Source: Thermodesulfobacteriota bacterium
GTDB lineage: Bacteria > Desulfobacterota > Binatia > UBA9968 > JAJDTQ01
DNA length: 64,000 bases
NCBI GenBank assembly: GCA_965116635.1
Contig: OZ220710.1
Location: 3,850,109-3,914,108, forward strand
Reading direction: 5' to 3'
The stretch's first letter is position 1. Every line of letters starts with the position of its first letter. This document shows positions 42,161 to 51,687 of the stretch, piece by piece. The notes below the pieces were generated by a model. That model worked only from the letters and a program-made list of their open reading frames with translations, was not told where the DNA came from and did not search any database. Made by a program: the position numbers and the translations under genes.

Positions 42161-43474
42161 TCAGTTCTTGAGTTGGCGCACCAGGCGATCCACGGTGGCC
42201 TTGATGCTGGGGTCGCTGACGGTCTTCTTTTCGATGCTCTTGGATGCGTGAATGACCGTGGAGTGGTCTCTGCCGCCGAACTCCGCGCCGATGGCGGGGA
42301 ACGAGGTGCCGGTGTATTTGCGGCAGAGATACATGGCCATCTGGCGCGCGAGGGCGAGATTCTTGGTGCGGCGCTTGGACTTGAGGTCGCTGATCTTGAC
42401 GTCGAAGTGCTCGCAGATGGCCTTCTGGATGTTCCGCACGGTGACCTGCTTCTCGTTGTCCTTGAGGGTGTGGCGGAGCACCTCCTTGGCGAGATCGGTG
42501 GTGATCTCCACTTTGGTCAGGGACGCGAAGGCGCCCAGGCGGGTGAGGGAGCCTTCCAGCTCCCGGACGTTCGACCAGATGTTGGTGGCGAGGAAATTCG
42601 CCACGTCTTGCGGCAGGTCGATCTCCTCCGCCTCGGCTTTCTTGGAGAGTATGGCGATGCGGGTCTCGATATCCGGCGGTTGGATGTCCGCGGTGAGGCC
42701 CCACTCGAAACGGTTGCGCAGCCGATCCTCCAGGTTGGGAATTTCCTTGGGAAACCGGTCGGAGGTGATGATGATCTGCTTGTGGCTCTCGTACAGCGAG
42801 TTGAACGTGTGGAAGAACTCCTCCTGGGTCCGCTCCTTGCCGGCGATGAACTGGATGTCGTCCAGGATCAGCACGTCGATACTGCGGTAGTGGTTCTTGA
42901 ACTCGTTCATGCGGTCGCGTCGCAGCGACCCGATGAGTTGGTTCATGAACGACTCGAAGGTCGTGTAGATGACTTTCTGACCCGGGTTCCGCTGCAGCAG
43001 GCGGTGTCCGACCGCATTCACCAGGTGAGTCTTGCCCAAGCCCACGCCGCCGTAGATGAACAGCGGGTTGTAGTGGTCCGCGGGCCGGTTCGCCACGGCC
43101 AGACAGGCGGCATGGGCGAACTGGTTGCTGGCGCCGACCACGAAGTTCCCGAAGGTATAGCGCGGGATCAGGGTCGACGGTTCGGGTTGTTGCGGCTTCC
43201 GTGTGGGACGGGCCTGCCTGTCATCGCTCCGGGTGGCCGCGTTGACCGATATCGTGATGTCTACAGGCGTATCGTAATGGCGTGAAAACTCATCCTGGAT
43301 GGTATCGAGATAATTTTCGTTCAGCCAGTCGCGAAACAGGGCGCTGGGGACCTCGAGGGTGACCGCGCCATCCTGGAGTTCAGTGATTTGTAAAGGTTTG
43401 ATCCATGTCTCGAAATTGTGTAAGCCGACCCTTTCCTTGAGGCGATCCTGTATCTCTCGGGGAACCGGTTTCAT
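42161..43474 (-). CDS. dnaA: Chromosomal replication initiator DnaA
   Basis: YNPLFIYGGVGLGKTHL, DDIQF, QEEFFHTFN, GGRDHSTVIH. Confidence 0.99.
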   Translation of the reverse strand: MKPVPREIQDRLKERVGLHNFETWIKPLQITELQDGAVTLEVPSALFRDWLNENYLDTIQDEFSRHYDTPVDITISVNAATRSDDRQARPTRKPQQPEPSTLIPRYTFGNFVVGASNQFAHAACLAVANRPADHYNPLFIYGGVGLGKTHLVNAVGHRLLQRNPGQKVIYTTFESFMNQLIGSLRRDRMNEFKNHYRSIDVLILDDIQFIAGKERTQEEFFHTFNSLYESHKQIIITSDRFPKEIPNLEDRLRNRFEWGLTADIQPPDIETRIAILSKKAEAEEIDLPQDVANFLATNIWSNVRELEGSLTRLGAFASLTKVEITTDLAKEVLRHTLKDNEKQVTVRNIQKAICEHFDVKISDLKSKRRTKNLALARQMAMYLCRKYTGTSFPAIGAEFGGRDHSTVIHASKSIEKKTVSDPSIKATVDRLVRQLKN

Positions 43475-43515
43475 TGTCTTTCTTGCCTCGTCTGAACGTC
43501 TATGTCGGTGTTAAC

Positions 43516-43547
43516 TTATCAACAAACTTGTCAACAGTTGTGGACAA
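43516..43547. promoter_or_regulatory. Three DnaA-box-like 9-mers upstream of dnaA
   Basis: TTATCAACA, TTGTCAACA, TGTGGACAA. Confidence 0.75.
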
Positions 43548-43838
43548 CCTTTCGTCGTCTTGACCGTGATTCCAGCCACACCAAACCGCACTCGTCGCTG
43601 CGTGTGTTGTCCGCGACGGCAAGTTTTGGGGCCCGCTGAGCTTCTGAGATGGTGGCAAGAAAGGGAACCTTCTAATGGTTTTTCCCGGGCATTGCAAGAA
43701 CAAAAAGGGCCTGCTGATTTTTCGTAATAATTTCCACGGGATCGCCGTGCCGGCTCCGGGTTGTGATGAAGAGGTCACGTATGGGTAGGCGCATTTCAGG
43801 CTGTTTCTCAACCGCGCATCGTGTTTGGGACGGGGTTC

Positions 43839-45134
43839 GTGAGTAGGCGGTCGTCGCTTTCGACGGGTCTCTTCGAGCGCTCGAACCGGGTGGTCCCCGG
43901 AGGCGTGAACAGTCCGGTCCGGGCATGGAGCGCGGTGGGCGGCGAGCCGGTGTTCGTCGGCCGAGGCCAAGGCGCCCGGATCTTCGATGAAGACGGCCGG
44001 GGTTACCTTGACTACGTTTGCGCCTGGGGTCCGCTGATCCTGGGCCACGCGCCGCGCCCGGTGGTGGAGGCGGTGGTCCGGGCGGTGCCGGACGGGACGG
44101 GGTTCGGCGCCCCGACCGCAAAGGAGCTGGAGCTGGCGGAACTGGTGTGCGAGCGCATCGCCGGCATCGAGCAGTTGCGGCTGGTGAATTCGGGCACCGA
44201 GGCGACCATGAGCGCCATACGGCTGTCGCGCGGCTACACGGGCAGAAACAAGGTGCTGAAGTTCGACGGCTGCTACCACGGCCACGTGGATGCGCTGTTG
44301 GCCAGGGCCGGTTCGGGTGTGGCCAGCTTCTCCCTCCCGGACAGTGCCGGCGTGCCGGAGAGCTTCACCGGCCAGACCCTGATCGCGGACTTCAACGACG
44401 TGGCTTCGGTGCGGAACCTGGTGCGGGAAAACCATCAGGACCTGGCCGCGGTGATCGTCGAGCCGGTGTGCGGCAACATGGGAGTGATCCCGCCCGAGCC
44501 CGGTTTCCTGGAGGCCTTGCGGGAGCTGACCCGCGAATACGGCATCGTCTTGATCTTCGACGAGGTGATTACCGGCTTCCGGGTGGCCCGGGGCGGCGCC
44601 CAGGAGCGCTACGGCGTCACCCCGGACCTCACCTGTCTCGGCAAGATCCTCGGCGGGGGACTGCCGGTGGGAGCCTTCGGCGGGCGGCGGGAGATCATGA
44701 GCTGCCTGGCGCCGGCAGGGCCGGTCTATCAGGCCGGCACCCTCTCGGGAAACCCGGTGACGGTGACCGCGGGGCTGGCCACCCTGAAGGAGCTCGCGGC
44801 ACCGGAGGTGTACCGGGAGCTGGAGCAGAAGGGGCGGCGGCTCGAAGAGGGTCTCCAGGAGGTGCTCGATCAAGGGATAGCGGGCACGGTCAACCGCGTC
44901 GGCTCCATGCTGACGCTGTTTCTCGGGCCCGAACGGGTCGGCGCGCCGGCCGATGCACGGACCTCCGACCGGGACCGTTTCGCGCGGTTCTTCCACGGTA
45001 TGCTGGCGCGCGGGATCTACCTCCCGCCCTCGCCCTTCGAGGCGCTGTTCGTGTCCCTGGCCCACGGCGAGGACGACATCGCCGCCACGGTGGCGGCCTT
45101 CGCCGACTGGGCCGAGGAAGACTCGCGGCGTTGA
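43839..45134 (+). CDS. hemL: Glutamate-1-semialdehyde 2,1-aminomutase
   Basis: PGGVNSPVRA, NSGTEATMSA, FDEVITGFR, GKILGGGLP, YQAGTLSGNP; start may be 43821. Confidence 0.97.
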   Translation: MSRRSSLSTGLFERSNRVVPGGVNSPVRAWSAVGGEPVFVGRGQGARIFDEDGRGYLDYVCAWGPLILGHAPRPVVEAVVRAVPDGTGFGAPTAKELELAELVCERIAGIEQLRLVNSGTEATMSAIRLSRGYTGRNKVLKFDGCYHGHVDALLARAGSGVASFSLPDSAGVPESFTGQTLIADFNDVASVRNLVRENHQDLAAVIVEPVCGNMGVIPPEPGFLEALRELTREYGIVLIFDEVITGFRVARGGAQERYGVTPDLTCLGKILGGGLPVGAFGGRREIMSCLAPAGPVYQAGTLSGNPVTVTAGLATLKELAAPEVYRELEQKGRRLEEGLQEVLDQGIAGTVNRVGSMLTLFLGPERVGAPADARTSDRDRFARFFHGMLARGIYLPPSPFEALFVSLAHGEDDIAATVAAFADWAEEDSRR

Positions 45135-45169
45135 CCAGCCACGGCCCGCATGTTAGTAAATCCTCCCCA

Positions 45170-45415
45170 GTGAGCAACGAAAGCGGAGACGGCCCGCCTC
45201 CAAAGAGTCCCATTCTCTTCCGGGCCGCCAAGTACACGGCGGTCGGCTTTGAATTCCCCTCGACGGTCGGAGCCGGTCTGGTCCTCGGTTACTACGCGGA
45301 CCAGCACCTCGGGACGTCCCCGTGGATGGTGCTGGTGCTGGGACTTCTGGGGCTTGTCGTAGCCTTCTGGCGACTGGTGATTTTGTTGCGTCACTTCTCG
45401 GCGGAGCACAAATGA
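45170..45415 (+). CDS. AtpZ/AtpI-family ATP synthase accessory protein
   Basis: GLVLGYYADQHLGTSPW motif; operon context. Confidence 0.8.
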   Translation: MSNESGDGPPPKSPILFRAAKYTAVGFEFPSTVGAGLVLGYYADQHLGTSPWMVLVLGLLGLVVAFWRLVILLRHFSAEHK

Positions 45416-45786
45416 GTTGGGAAGCTCAAGGTCTGCCGGTGTTCCGGGTGGAGCTCTGGCACGGGCTCCTGGTGCTGGCGTCGATGGCGCTGGTGCCGCT
45501 GGAGTGGGTGGAGCCCGGCGGCCTCCTGCTGGGGGGCCTGTTCATGGGCGTCAACTTCCTGCTCCTGGCGGTGGGCGTTCGTTGGGTCATCGCCCCGTTC
45601 GCGAGCAAGGGGCGGGTCCGGGCAGGCGTGGCGTTGCTGATTCTGAAGTTCTGCTTCCTGCTCGGCGCCTCCTGGGTCCTGCTGACCCGGATCGCCCCGG
45701 ACGCGGTGTCATTCGCGGTAGGGGTCAATTGCCTGATCCTGGCGATCCTGTGGGATCGGCTCTACGACACGAAGCTCAACCGGTAA
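45412..45786 (+). CDS. atpI: ATP synthase subunit I-like membrane protein
   Basis: Four TMs, GG..VNF; lies upstream of atpB. Confidence 0.7.
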   Translation: MSWEAQGLPVFRVELWHGLLVLASMALVPLEWVEPGGLLLGGLFMGVNFLLLAVGVRWVIAPFASKGRVRAGVALLILKFCFLLGASWVLLTRIAPDAVSFAVGVNCLILAILWDRLYDTKLNR

Positions 45787-45845
45787 GATGAGAAAACAGC
45801 CTTTCACGGGGCACGGGCGCGACGATACGGGATTCGGTAGGTAAG

Positions 45846-46547
45846 ATGGGACATCATCCGTTTACTTGGTACGACCTGTTGCCGGCGGCATTGCAAGGCG
45901 TGGTGCCCTTGCAGATCTTCTTCTCGCTGGTGTCCATGGTGCTGCTGGTTCTGCTGGCGTTGGGCGTCCGGCGCCGGCTGCTGGACACGCATGACGCGGT
46001 GATCCCCAGCGACCGCATCACGCTGGTGAACATCTTCGAGCTGCTGATCGAGTTCGTCATGGGCCTGAGCGACAGCATCATCGGCCACAAGGGACGGCAG
46101 TACCTCTCGCTCTACGGCACCTTCTTCATCTTCATCCTGCTTTCCAACTTCATCGGCCTGGTTCCGGGGTTCTCGCCCCCCACGAGCAATCTCAACATTA
46201 CCCTGGGGCTGGGGCTGATCTCCTTCGGCGCCTATCACTATTTCGGCGTCCGTGAGCACGGCGGCGGCTACCTCAAGCAGTTCATGGGTCCGTTTCTGGT
46301 GATTGCGCCGCTGTTCTTCCTGATCGAGATGTTCTCGCACATGTTCCGGCCGCTCACGTTGGGGCTGCGGCTGGCATTCAACATGTTCGCGGACCACCTG
46401 GTGGTGGAGATTTTCACCGGCCTCACCTACGTGGTGATCCCGGTGCTGTTCTACCTGCTGGGGGCCCTGGTGTCGGTGATCCAGGCCTTCGTTTTCACCC
46501 TGTTGAGCATGATCTATGCATCCCTGGCGTTGAGCCATGATCATTGA
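45846..46547 (+). CDS. atpB: ATP synthase F0 subunit a
   Basis: PPTSNLN, RPLTLGLRLAFNMFADH, IQAFVFTLL. Confidence 0.95.
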   Translation: MGHHPFTWYDLLPAALQGVVPLQIFFSLVSMVLLVLLALGVRRRLLDTHDAVIPSDRITLVNIFELLIEFVMGLSDSIIGHKGRQYLSLYGTFFIFILLSNFIGLVPGFSPPTSNLNITLGLGLISFGAYHYFGVREHGGGYLKQFMGPFLVIAPLFFLIEMFSHMFRPLTLGLRLAFNMFADHLVVEIFTGLTYVVIPVLFYLLGALVSVIQAFVFTLLSMIYASLALSHDH

Positions 46548-46623
46548 GCGCCGCGGCGGCCCGTGGAGAGGATGATGAGGAGAGGTTGGCCAGCCTATCC
46601 GTAGCGCCGGAAAGGAGAGAAAG

Positions 46624-46950
46624 ATGAAACAGACGACAGCCTTTGTTTTGACGGGATTGTTCGTGCTGATCCTGTCGGGCATCGCTTCCGCGGCCGAGGC
46701 CGCAAGCGGGAGCTCGGCCGGCATGGTCCCGGGCATCATTGCGCTGGGTGCCGGGTTGGGCATCGCCATTGCGGCCTTCGGCTGCGCGCTCGCGCAAGGC
46801 CGGGTCGGTGGCGCCGCCATGGAAAGCATCGGCCGCAACCCCAACTCCGCCGACAAGATCTTCACCCCGTTGATCCTGTCCCTGGCCCTCATCGAGGCGC
46901 TGGGCATCTACGCCCTGATCATCGCCTTCATTCTCGCGGGCAAGGTCTAG
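46624..46950 (+). CDS. atpE: ATP synthase F0 subunit c with N-terminal leader
   Basis: GAGLGIAIAA..GRNP..LALIEALGIY. Confidence 0.95.
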   Translation: MKQTTAFVLTGLFVLILSGIASAAEAASGSSAGMVPGIIALGAGLGIAIAAFGCALAQGRVGGAAMESIGRNPNSADKIFTPLILSLALIEALGIYALIIAFILAGKV

Positions 46951-47045
46951 GAGCAATCAACCGCCACGATGCCGGGCCGTCAACCGGCGGCCCGGCATCA
47001 TGAGCCGCCCCCCATCCCACCTGGATTCCCGCTGACTAAAGATGT

Positions 47046-47222
47046 CGCCCTTCGACTTCGCTGCGCTACGCTCAGGGCGAACGGGGTTGGTTGGGCTTCC
47101 CTAACCGCGGGGTGCCGGTTCAAGAAAGGGATTGATTCGGTTCCCTTTAAACGGGCCGCTAGCTCAAGAACACACACGTTCAACCGTTCGCCCTGAGCGT
47201 AGCGTAGCGAAGTCGAAGGGCG
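47046..47222. repeat. Short-variant (40-bp) REP inverted pair
   Basis: CGCCCTTCGACTTCGCTGCGCTACGCTCAGGGCGAACGG and its reverse. Confidence 0.9.
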
Positions 47223-47246
47223 ACATTCTGAACTCGGCCCGGGCGT

Positions 47247-47711
47247 TCAGGGCATGGCCACCGGATGCAGCTTGACCCCGGTGTACTTGAGGATGTCCCC
47301 GACGGTGTCGAGCTTGTAGGGTTTTTCGTAGAAGATGTCGCGGATCCCCGTGTTGACGAGGACCTTGAGGCAGTGGATGCAGGGGGTGTGGGTGATGTAG
47401 ATGGAGGCTTCCTTGATGCTGGCGCCGTTCTTGGCCGACTGGGCGATGGCGTTGATCTCCGCGTGAATGGTGCGAAAGCAGTTCTGCTCGATCTCCCCGT
47501 TCGGGGTCCTGGATTCGTAGATCAGACAGCCCGCCTCCGTGCAATGGGGCATGCCCGCCGGCGAGCCGTTGTAGCCCGTGGCGAGGATGCTCCGGTCCCG
47601 GACGATCACCGCGCCGACCTTGGCGCGGGTGCAGGTGGAACGTTCCGCCACCTGCCGCGTGATGGTCATGAAGTACTGATCCCAGCTTAGCCGTTCGTCT
47701 TCCGTGCTCAC
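47247..47711 (-). CDS. dCMP deaminase (ComEB family)
   Basis: WDQYFM, RSTC, ATGYNG, IHAEINA, PCIHC. Confidence 0.92.
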   Translation of the reverse strand: MSTEDERLSWDQYFMTITRQVAERSTCTRAKVGAVIVRDRSILATGYNGSPAGMPHCTEAGCLIYESRTPNGEIEQNCFRTIHAEINAIAQSAKNGASIKEASIYITHTPCIHCLKVLVNTGIRDIFYEKPYKLDTVGDILKYTGVKLHPVAMP

Positions 47712-47793
47712 GTTCCGGACCTTTCCTTTGAGCCCCCACGCACTGCAGACCTCGAAACGATACTATATCATGCAGCCGGTTCGTATCGCAGCG

Positions 47794-48603
47794 TCAACTG
47801 CCGCCAACAACCGCACCGCCCGCCACTACCACCACCGGCTTTCCGACCCCGGCGCCGAGGCCGGCCCGGGCGTTGCCGTCGCAGCGGGAGATCTCGAGCA
47901 ATCCCCAGCTATTGACCAGGGCGAGGTAGTTGCCGGTTCCGGCCGAGGCGTAGTTGGCCGACAGGCCGCGGATGGTCAGTTCTCCGATCCGGACCGACAC
48001 GGATTCCGGGTTGAGGGGTTCCAGGTCCTCGCGGCGGATGTTGCTGGTCAGGTTGCCGAAGCCGTCGACGTAGATCACCTCGCCTGCAACGCGGCCGCCG
48101 TCCTGTTTTTCCGGGGCCGGAAGGGTCAGGGCCTCGAAGCCCTCCACAGCCTCGCCGAGCTGTTCCAGCGGAATGCCCGCCGAGACGTGGGCGGCCGCCG
48201 GCGCGAAGACGTCCCGGCCATGGAACGTCGTGCTGGTGGGTTGCAGGTGATATTCGGGATTGGAGAGGTGGACGCTTCGGATCAGCCGGTGCCGGCCCGC
48301 CGCAAGGCTCAGGACCCCGTTGTCGGGGCCGATGAAACAGGCCCGGTCCGTTTCGATCAGGATGGGCCGCCGGTCGCCACCGACCCCGGGGTCCACCACC
48401 GCCACGTGAACCGCCCCGGCGGGAAAGTAATCCACCGCCGCCGCCAGCGCCAGGGCCCCGCCGGTAACGTCCTGGGGCGCCACGCCGTGGGTCAGGTCGA
48501 TGATGGCGGCCGCCGGATCGATGGCGGCCACCACCCCCTTCATGATACCGACGAAGGGATCCCGGTAGCCGAAGTCGGTCGTCAGCGTGATGATTCTCGA
48601 CAC
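47794..48603 (-). CDS. SAM hydroxide adenosyltransferase (DUF62, chlorinase/fluorinase family)
   Basis: ITLTTDFG, VVDPGVG, GPDNG, TFHGRDVFAP, VDGFGN. Confidence 0.92.
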   Translation of the reverse strand: MSRIITLTTDFGYRDPFVGIMKGVVAAIDPAAAIIDLTHGVAPQDVTGGALALAAAVDYFPAGAVHVAVVDPGVGGDRRPILIETDRACFIGPDNGVLSLAAGRHRLIRSVHLSNPEYHLQPTSTTFHGRDVFAPAAAHVSAGIPLEQLGEAVEGFEALTLPAPEKQDGGRVAGEVIYVDGFGNLTSNIRREDLEPLNPESVSVRIGELTIRGLSANYASAGTGNYLALVNSWGLLEISRCDGNARAGLGAGVGKPVVVVAGGAVVGGS

Positions 48604-48669
48604 GAGCCAATAACATCCGCCGGGTCAAGACGGCCTACTCGCACATCCATTGCGTTCAAGGAGGATCCC

Positions 48670-49356
48670 ATGATCGAACTTTACACCAGCGCGACCCCCA
48701 ACGGCCAGAAGATCCACATCATGCTGGAGGAAACCGGCCTTGCCTACCGGCTCCACTGGGTCGATCTCAGAAAAGGGGAGCAGTTCGACCCGGAGTTCCT
48801 CAAGATCAGCCCCAACAACAAGATCCCCGTCATCCTGGACCGCGACGGCCCCGGAGGGGAGCCGATGGCGGTCTTCGAATCCGGCGCCATCCTGATTTAC
48901 CTGGCCGAGAAGACCGGGAAATTCCTGCCGGCGGAAATCCGCGCCCGCACCGGCGTGCTGGAATGGCTGATGTTCCAGGTGGGCGGGGTGGGCCCCATGC
49001 TCGGTCAGGCGCACCACTTCCGCGCCTACGCCCGCGAGAAGATCCCCTACGCCATCGAGCGCTACACCAGCGAGGGATCGCGGATCTACCGGGTGCTGGA
49101 CAAGCGGCTCTCCGAGCAGGATTACCTGGCCGGCGAATACTCCATTGCCGACATGGCCGTGTTCCCCTGGATCCGGCTGCACGAGCGGCAGGGTCAGGAC
49201 ATGGCCGACTACCCCCATCTGAGCCGGTGGTTCGATACGGTTGCCGCCCGCGCGGCGGTGTCCAAGGACATGGAGAAGACCCGGGACGTGGTCGGCACCA
49301 TCACCGACGAGACCTGGGACAACCTCTGGGGCAAGAAGCAGTTCCAGCGCCGCTGA
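48670..49356 (+). CDS. Glutathione S-transferase (YfcG-like)
   Basis: TPNG, ISPNNKIP, FESGAILIYL, GPMLGQAHHF. Confidence 0.92.
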   Translation: MIELYTSATPNGQKIHIMLEETGLAYRLHWVDLRKGEQFDPEFLKISPNNKIPVILDRDGPGGEPMAVFESGAILIYLAEKTGKFLPAEIRARTGVLEWLMFQVGGVGPMLGQAHHFRAYAREKIPYAIERYTSEGSRIYRVLDKRLSEQDYLAGEYSIADMAVFPWIRLHERQGQDMADYPHLSRWFDTVAARAAVSKDMEKTRDVVGTITDETWDNLWGKKQFQRR

Positions 49357-49375
49357 CGGAGCTGGATGCGGGCGC

Positions 49376-49840
49376 TCACGGTGTCGCGGCGGACGGTTCA
49401 CGTTCGACGGGGTAGCCCTTTTTGATCCAGCCCGGAAGCCCCTCGAACAACACCCTCATGTTGCGGTAGCCCTGCTGGTGGAGAACTTCATAGGCCAAAC
49501 TGGCCAAGTGGCGAGGGCACGCTCAATAGAGGACGACGAGGCCCTCCTTGGGCACGAGGTCCTCGGCTTCATAGAAGGCGCTCAGCGGAATGGAGCGGGC
49601 GCCGGTGATGTGGCCCGCGTCATAGTCCCGGGGGTGCTGAACGTCGACGATGGTCACCGGCTTGCGGTCGATGATGTGCTGGACCAGCTCCTCGATCCGG
49701 ACATACCGGATCGTGATTGTCTCGGACGGCTGCACCTTGGCGTACTCCGGGTAGTTTCCGGGGTCGCCCCAGGCCGGGGCCGCCATCATCAGGAGCAGGG
49801 CCGTGAGGCCGATGGCAAAGCGCGGTGTCCGGTTTCGCAA
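49376..49840 (-). CDS. Secreted rhodanese-domain protein, probable selenoprotein (in-frame TGA at 49523-49525)
   Basis: GHITGARSIP..VVLY-TGA-ACP..GYRNMRVLFEGLPGWIKKGYPVE: the domain is complete only by readthrough. Confidence 0.8.
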
Positions 49841-49841
49841 A

Positions 49842-50738
49842 TCAGCCTCCCTGCTTTTCCGCGGTCTTGATGCCGCTGAAGCCGGCGCGGTCCGCCAGCG
49901 TTGCCGGCGTCAGCACCCCGGTGTGCCGCTGGCCCTTGAAGATCCACGTGGGGTAGGAACGGATGCCCGCCGCCAGGCACTTGGACGCCGTCGGGCCATT
50001 GCGTCCGGCCGGACTGCATTCGACGTAAGGGATGCGATGGGCTGAGGCTCCGAACAGGGCCTTCTGACTATCGCAGGCGGGGCACCAGAACGCGCCGTAC
50101 ATCTTCGCGCCGGTCTCCTCCAGGTGGGCGGCCAACCCCCTCATCCAGGGGTCTTCCTTGCCCGCCGCGACCACCGTGACGCCGGAATAGAAGATCAGGT
50201 GAACCGCCAGCACCCCCACCGCGGCCGCCGTGAAGCTCGCGCCCAGCCAGGGTTGCCACGGCACCCGGCGGCTGACCTGCGGGATCTGGTACAGGGTGAC
50301 GGCCAGGATGGCTGCCAGCAGCCCCAGGGACGTCAGGCAGTACGGGCAGGCGGCCTCCAGCCGGAACACGGAAATCGCCGTGAGATACACGCTGTAGGCG
50401 ACGCCGAAGAGCGACACCGTGGCTGTCACCTTCCAGCGCTGGCTCCGGCGCTTGAGGAAGGCCGCGCCCGCGAGCACGGCGTAGATAAAGAACCCCCAGA
50501 GCGAAGTGGGCAGGCCGAGGAGCGTGGACCAGCGGCTGTGCAACACGATGTCGCAGTCGGCCCCGGCCTCGCAAAAGGCGGCCTCTTCGCCCGACCAGGC
50601 GGTGACGGTCAGGTATCCGGCCAACACCAGACCGACAGCGGCCAGGGCCAGAACCGGCCAGTTCGGGCTCGGCGGCGGGCCCGCCGGCGCCTGTTGCCGG
50701 GTTCCCCGTGCCCCCCTTTTCCTCGATGCTTTAGCCAT
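49842..50738 (-). CDS. VKOR plus thioredoxin-like fusion protein
   Basis: C..GADCDIVLHSRW, CPYC, MYGAFWCPAC, YVEC, YPTW. Confidence 0.9.
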   Translation of the reverse strand: MAKASRKRGARGTRQQAPAGPPPSPNWPVLALAAVGLVLAGYLTVTAWSGEEAAFCEAGADCDIVLHSRWSTLLGLPTSLWGFFIYAVLAGAAFLKRRSQRWKVTATVSLFGVAYSVYLTAISVFRLEAACPYCLTSLGLLAAILAVTLYQIPQVSRRVPWQPWLGASFTAAAVGVLAVHLIFYSGVTVVAAGKEDPWMRGLAAHLEETGAKMYGAFWCPACDSQKALFGASAHRIPYVECSPAGRNGPTASKCLAAGIRSYPTWIFKGQRHTGVLTPATLADRAGFSGIKTAEKQGG

Positions 50739-50894
50739 GGATTCTCCCCCGATGACGGCCCGCCTTCCGCTTGCCGCCCCGCATGTGAGCCTTTGTGGAA
50801 TCTACCAGACCCGCCGCCGCCAAGACAAGAAACACGGGCGGGTTTCGGGGTCCTTTGCGACGGACTCGCCCACCGGCGGGTGCCCAGGGATATT

Positions 50895-50999
50895 GCGCCC
50901 TTCGACTTCGCTTCGCTACGCTCAGGACGAACGGTCCTGTGGGTCCTGTGGAAATCGAGCCGTTCGTCCTGAGCGTAGCGAAGCGAAGTCGAAGGGCGC
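50895..50999. repeat. Short-variant REP inverted pair
   Basis: 50895-50934 and 50960-50999 are exact reverse complements. Confidence 0.92.
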
Positions 51000-51039
51000 A
51001 GACCCATGTCGCAGGAAGTTTCAACAACCGGACACGACG

Positions 51040-51675
51040 CTACGCCTTGCCGTCCAGCAGGCCGCGGGCGTTCTCGCGCAGGCGTTTCAGGGCTCGTGGG
51101 TCGTTGCTGTCGTAGTAGCCGCGGATCTCGCCGTTGCGGTCCACCAGCACGAAGCGGGAACTGTGGAACACCACCGGATCGGGAGCGTCGTCCACCGGGG
51201 CGGCGCTCAGGCGGAAACCTTGCTGCACGATCCGCCGGATATCCTTCAGCTCCCCGGTGAGAAACAGCCAGCGCTCCGGGTCGGCGCGGTAGCGGTCGGC
51301 GTATTGCGACAGCAAGGCGGGCGAATCCGTGAGCGGATCCACCGTGATGGACACCGAGCGGAGGTCGCCGTAGGCCTTCAGATCCGCCTGCAGCCGGGCC
51401 ATGGCGCGGCTCTGGAGCGGGCAGGTGTCCTCGCATTTGGTGTAGATGAAGTCGGCGATCCACACGCGGCCGCGCAGGTCGCCGGCGGACACCGGCCGGC
51501 CGCTACGTTCGACCAGCGAGAAGTCCGGCGCCGGACCGTACCGCGCCAGCCGCTCCAGTACCGGCTGGCGGGCCGGCGCCGGGGGCGTCCGGAGCTGGTG
51601 GATGACCAGCCCCACGAGGACGGCGAACAGCACGGTGCCGACGGTGACGTGGATCACGAAGCGCCGTTGCGTCAT
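51040..51675 (-). CDS. SCO1/SenC copper chaperone
   Basis: FIYTKCEDTCP, SITVDP, HSSRFVLVD. Confidence 0.92.
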   Translation of the reverse strand: MTQRRFVIHVTVGTVLFAVLVGLVIHQLRTPPAPARQPVLERLARYGPAPDFSLVERSGRPVSAGDLRGRVWIADFIYTKCEDTCPLQSRAMARLQADLKAYGDLRSVSITVDPLTDSPALLSQYADRYRADPERWLFLTGELKDIRRIVQQGFRLSAAPVDDAPDPVVFHSSRFVLVDRNGEIRGYYDSNDPRALKRLRENARGLLDGKA

Positions 51676-51687
51676 GTCCGAACCCCG

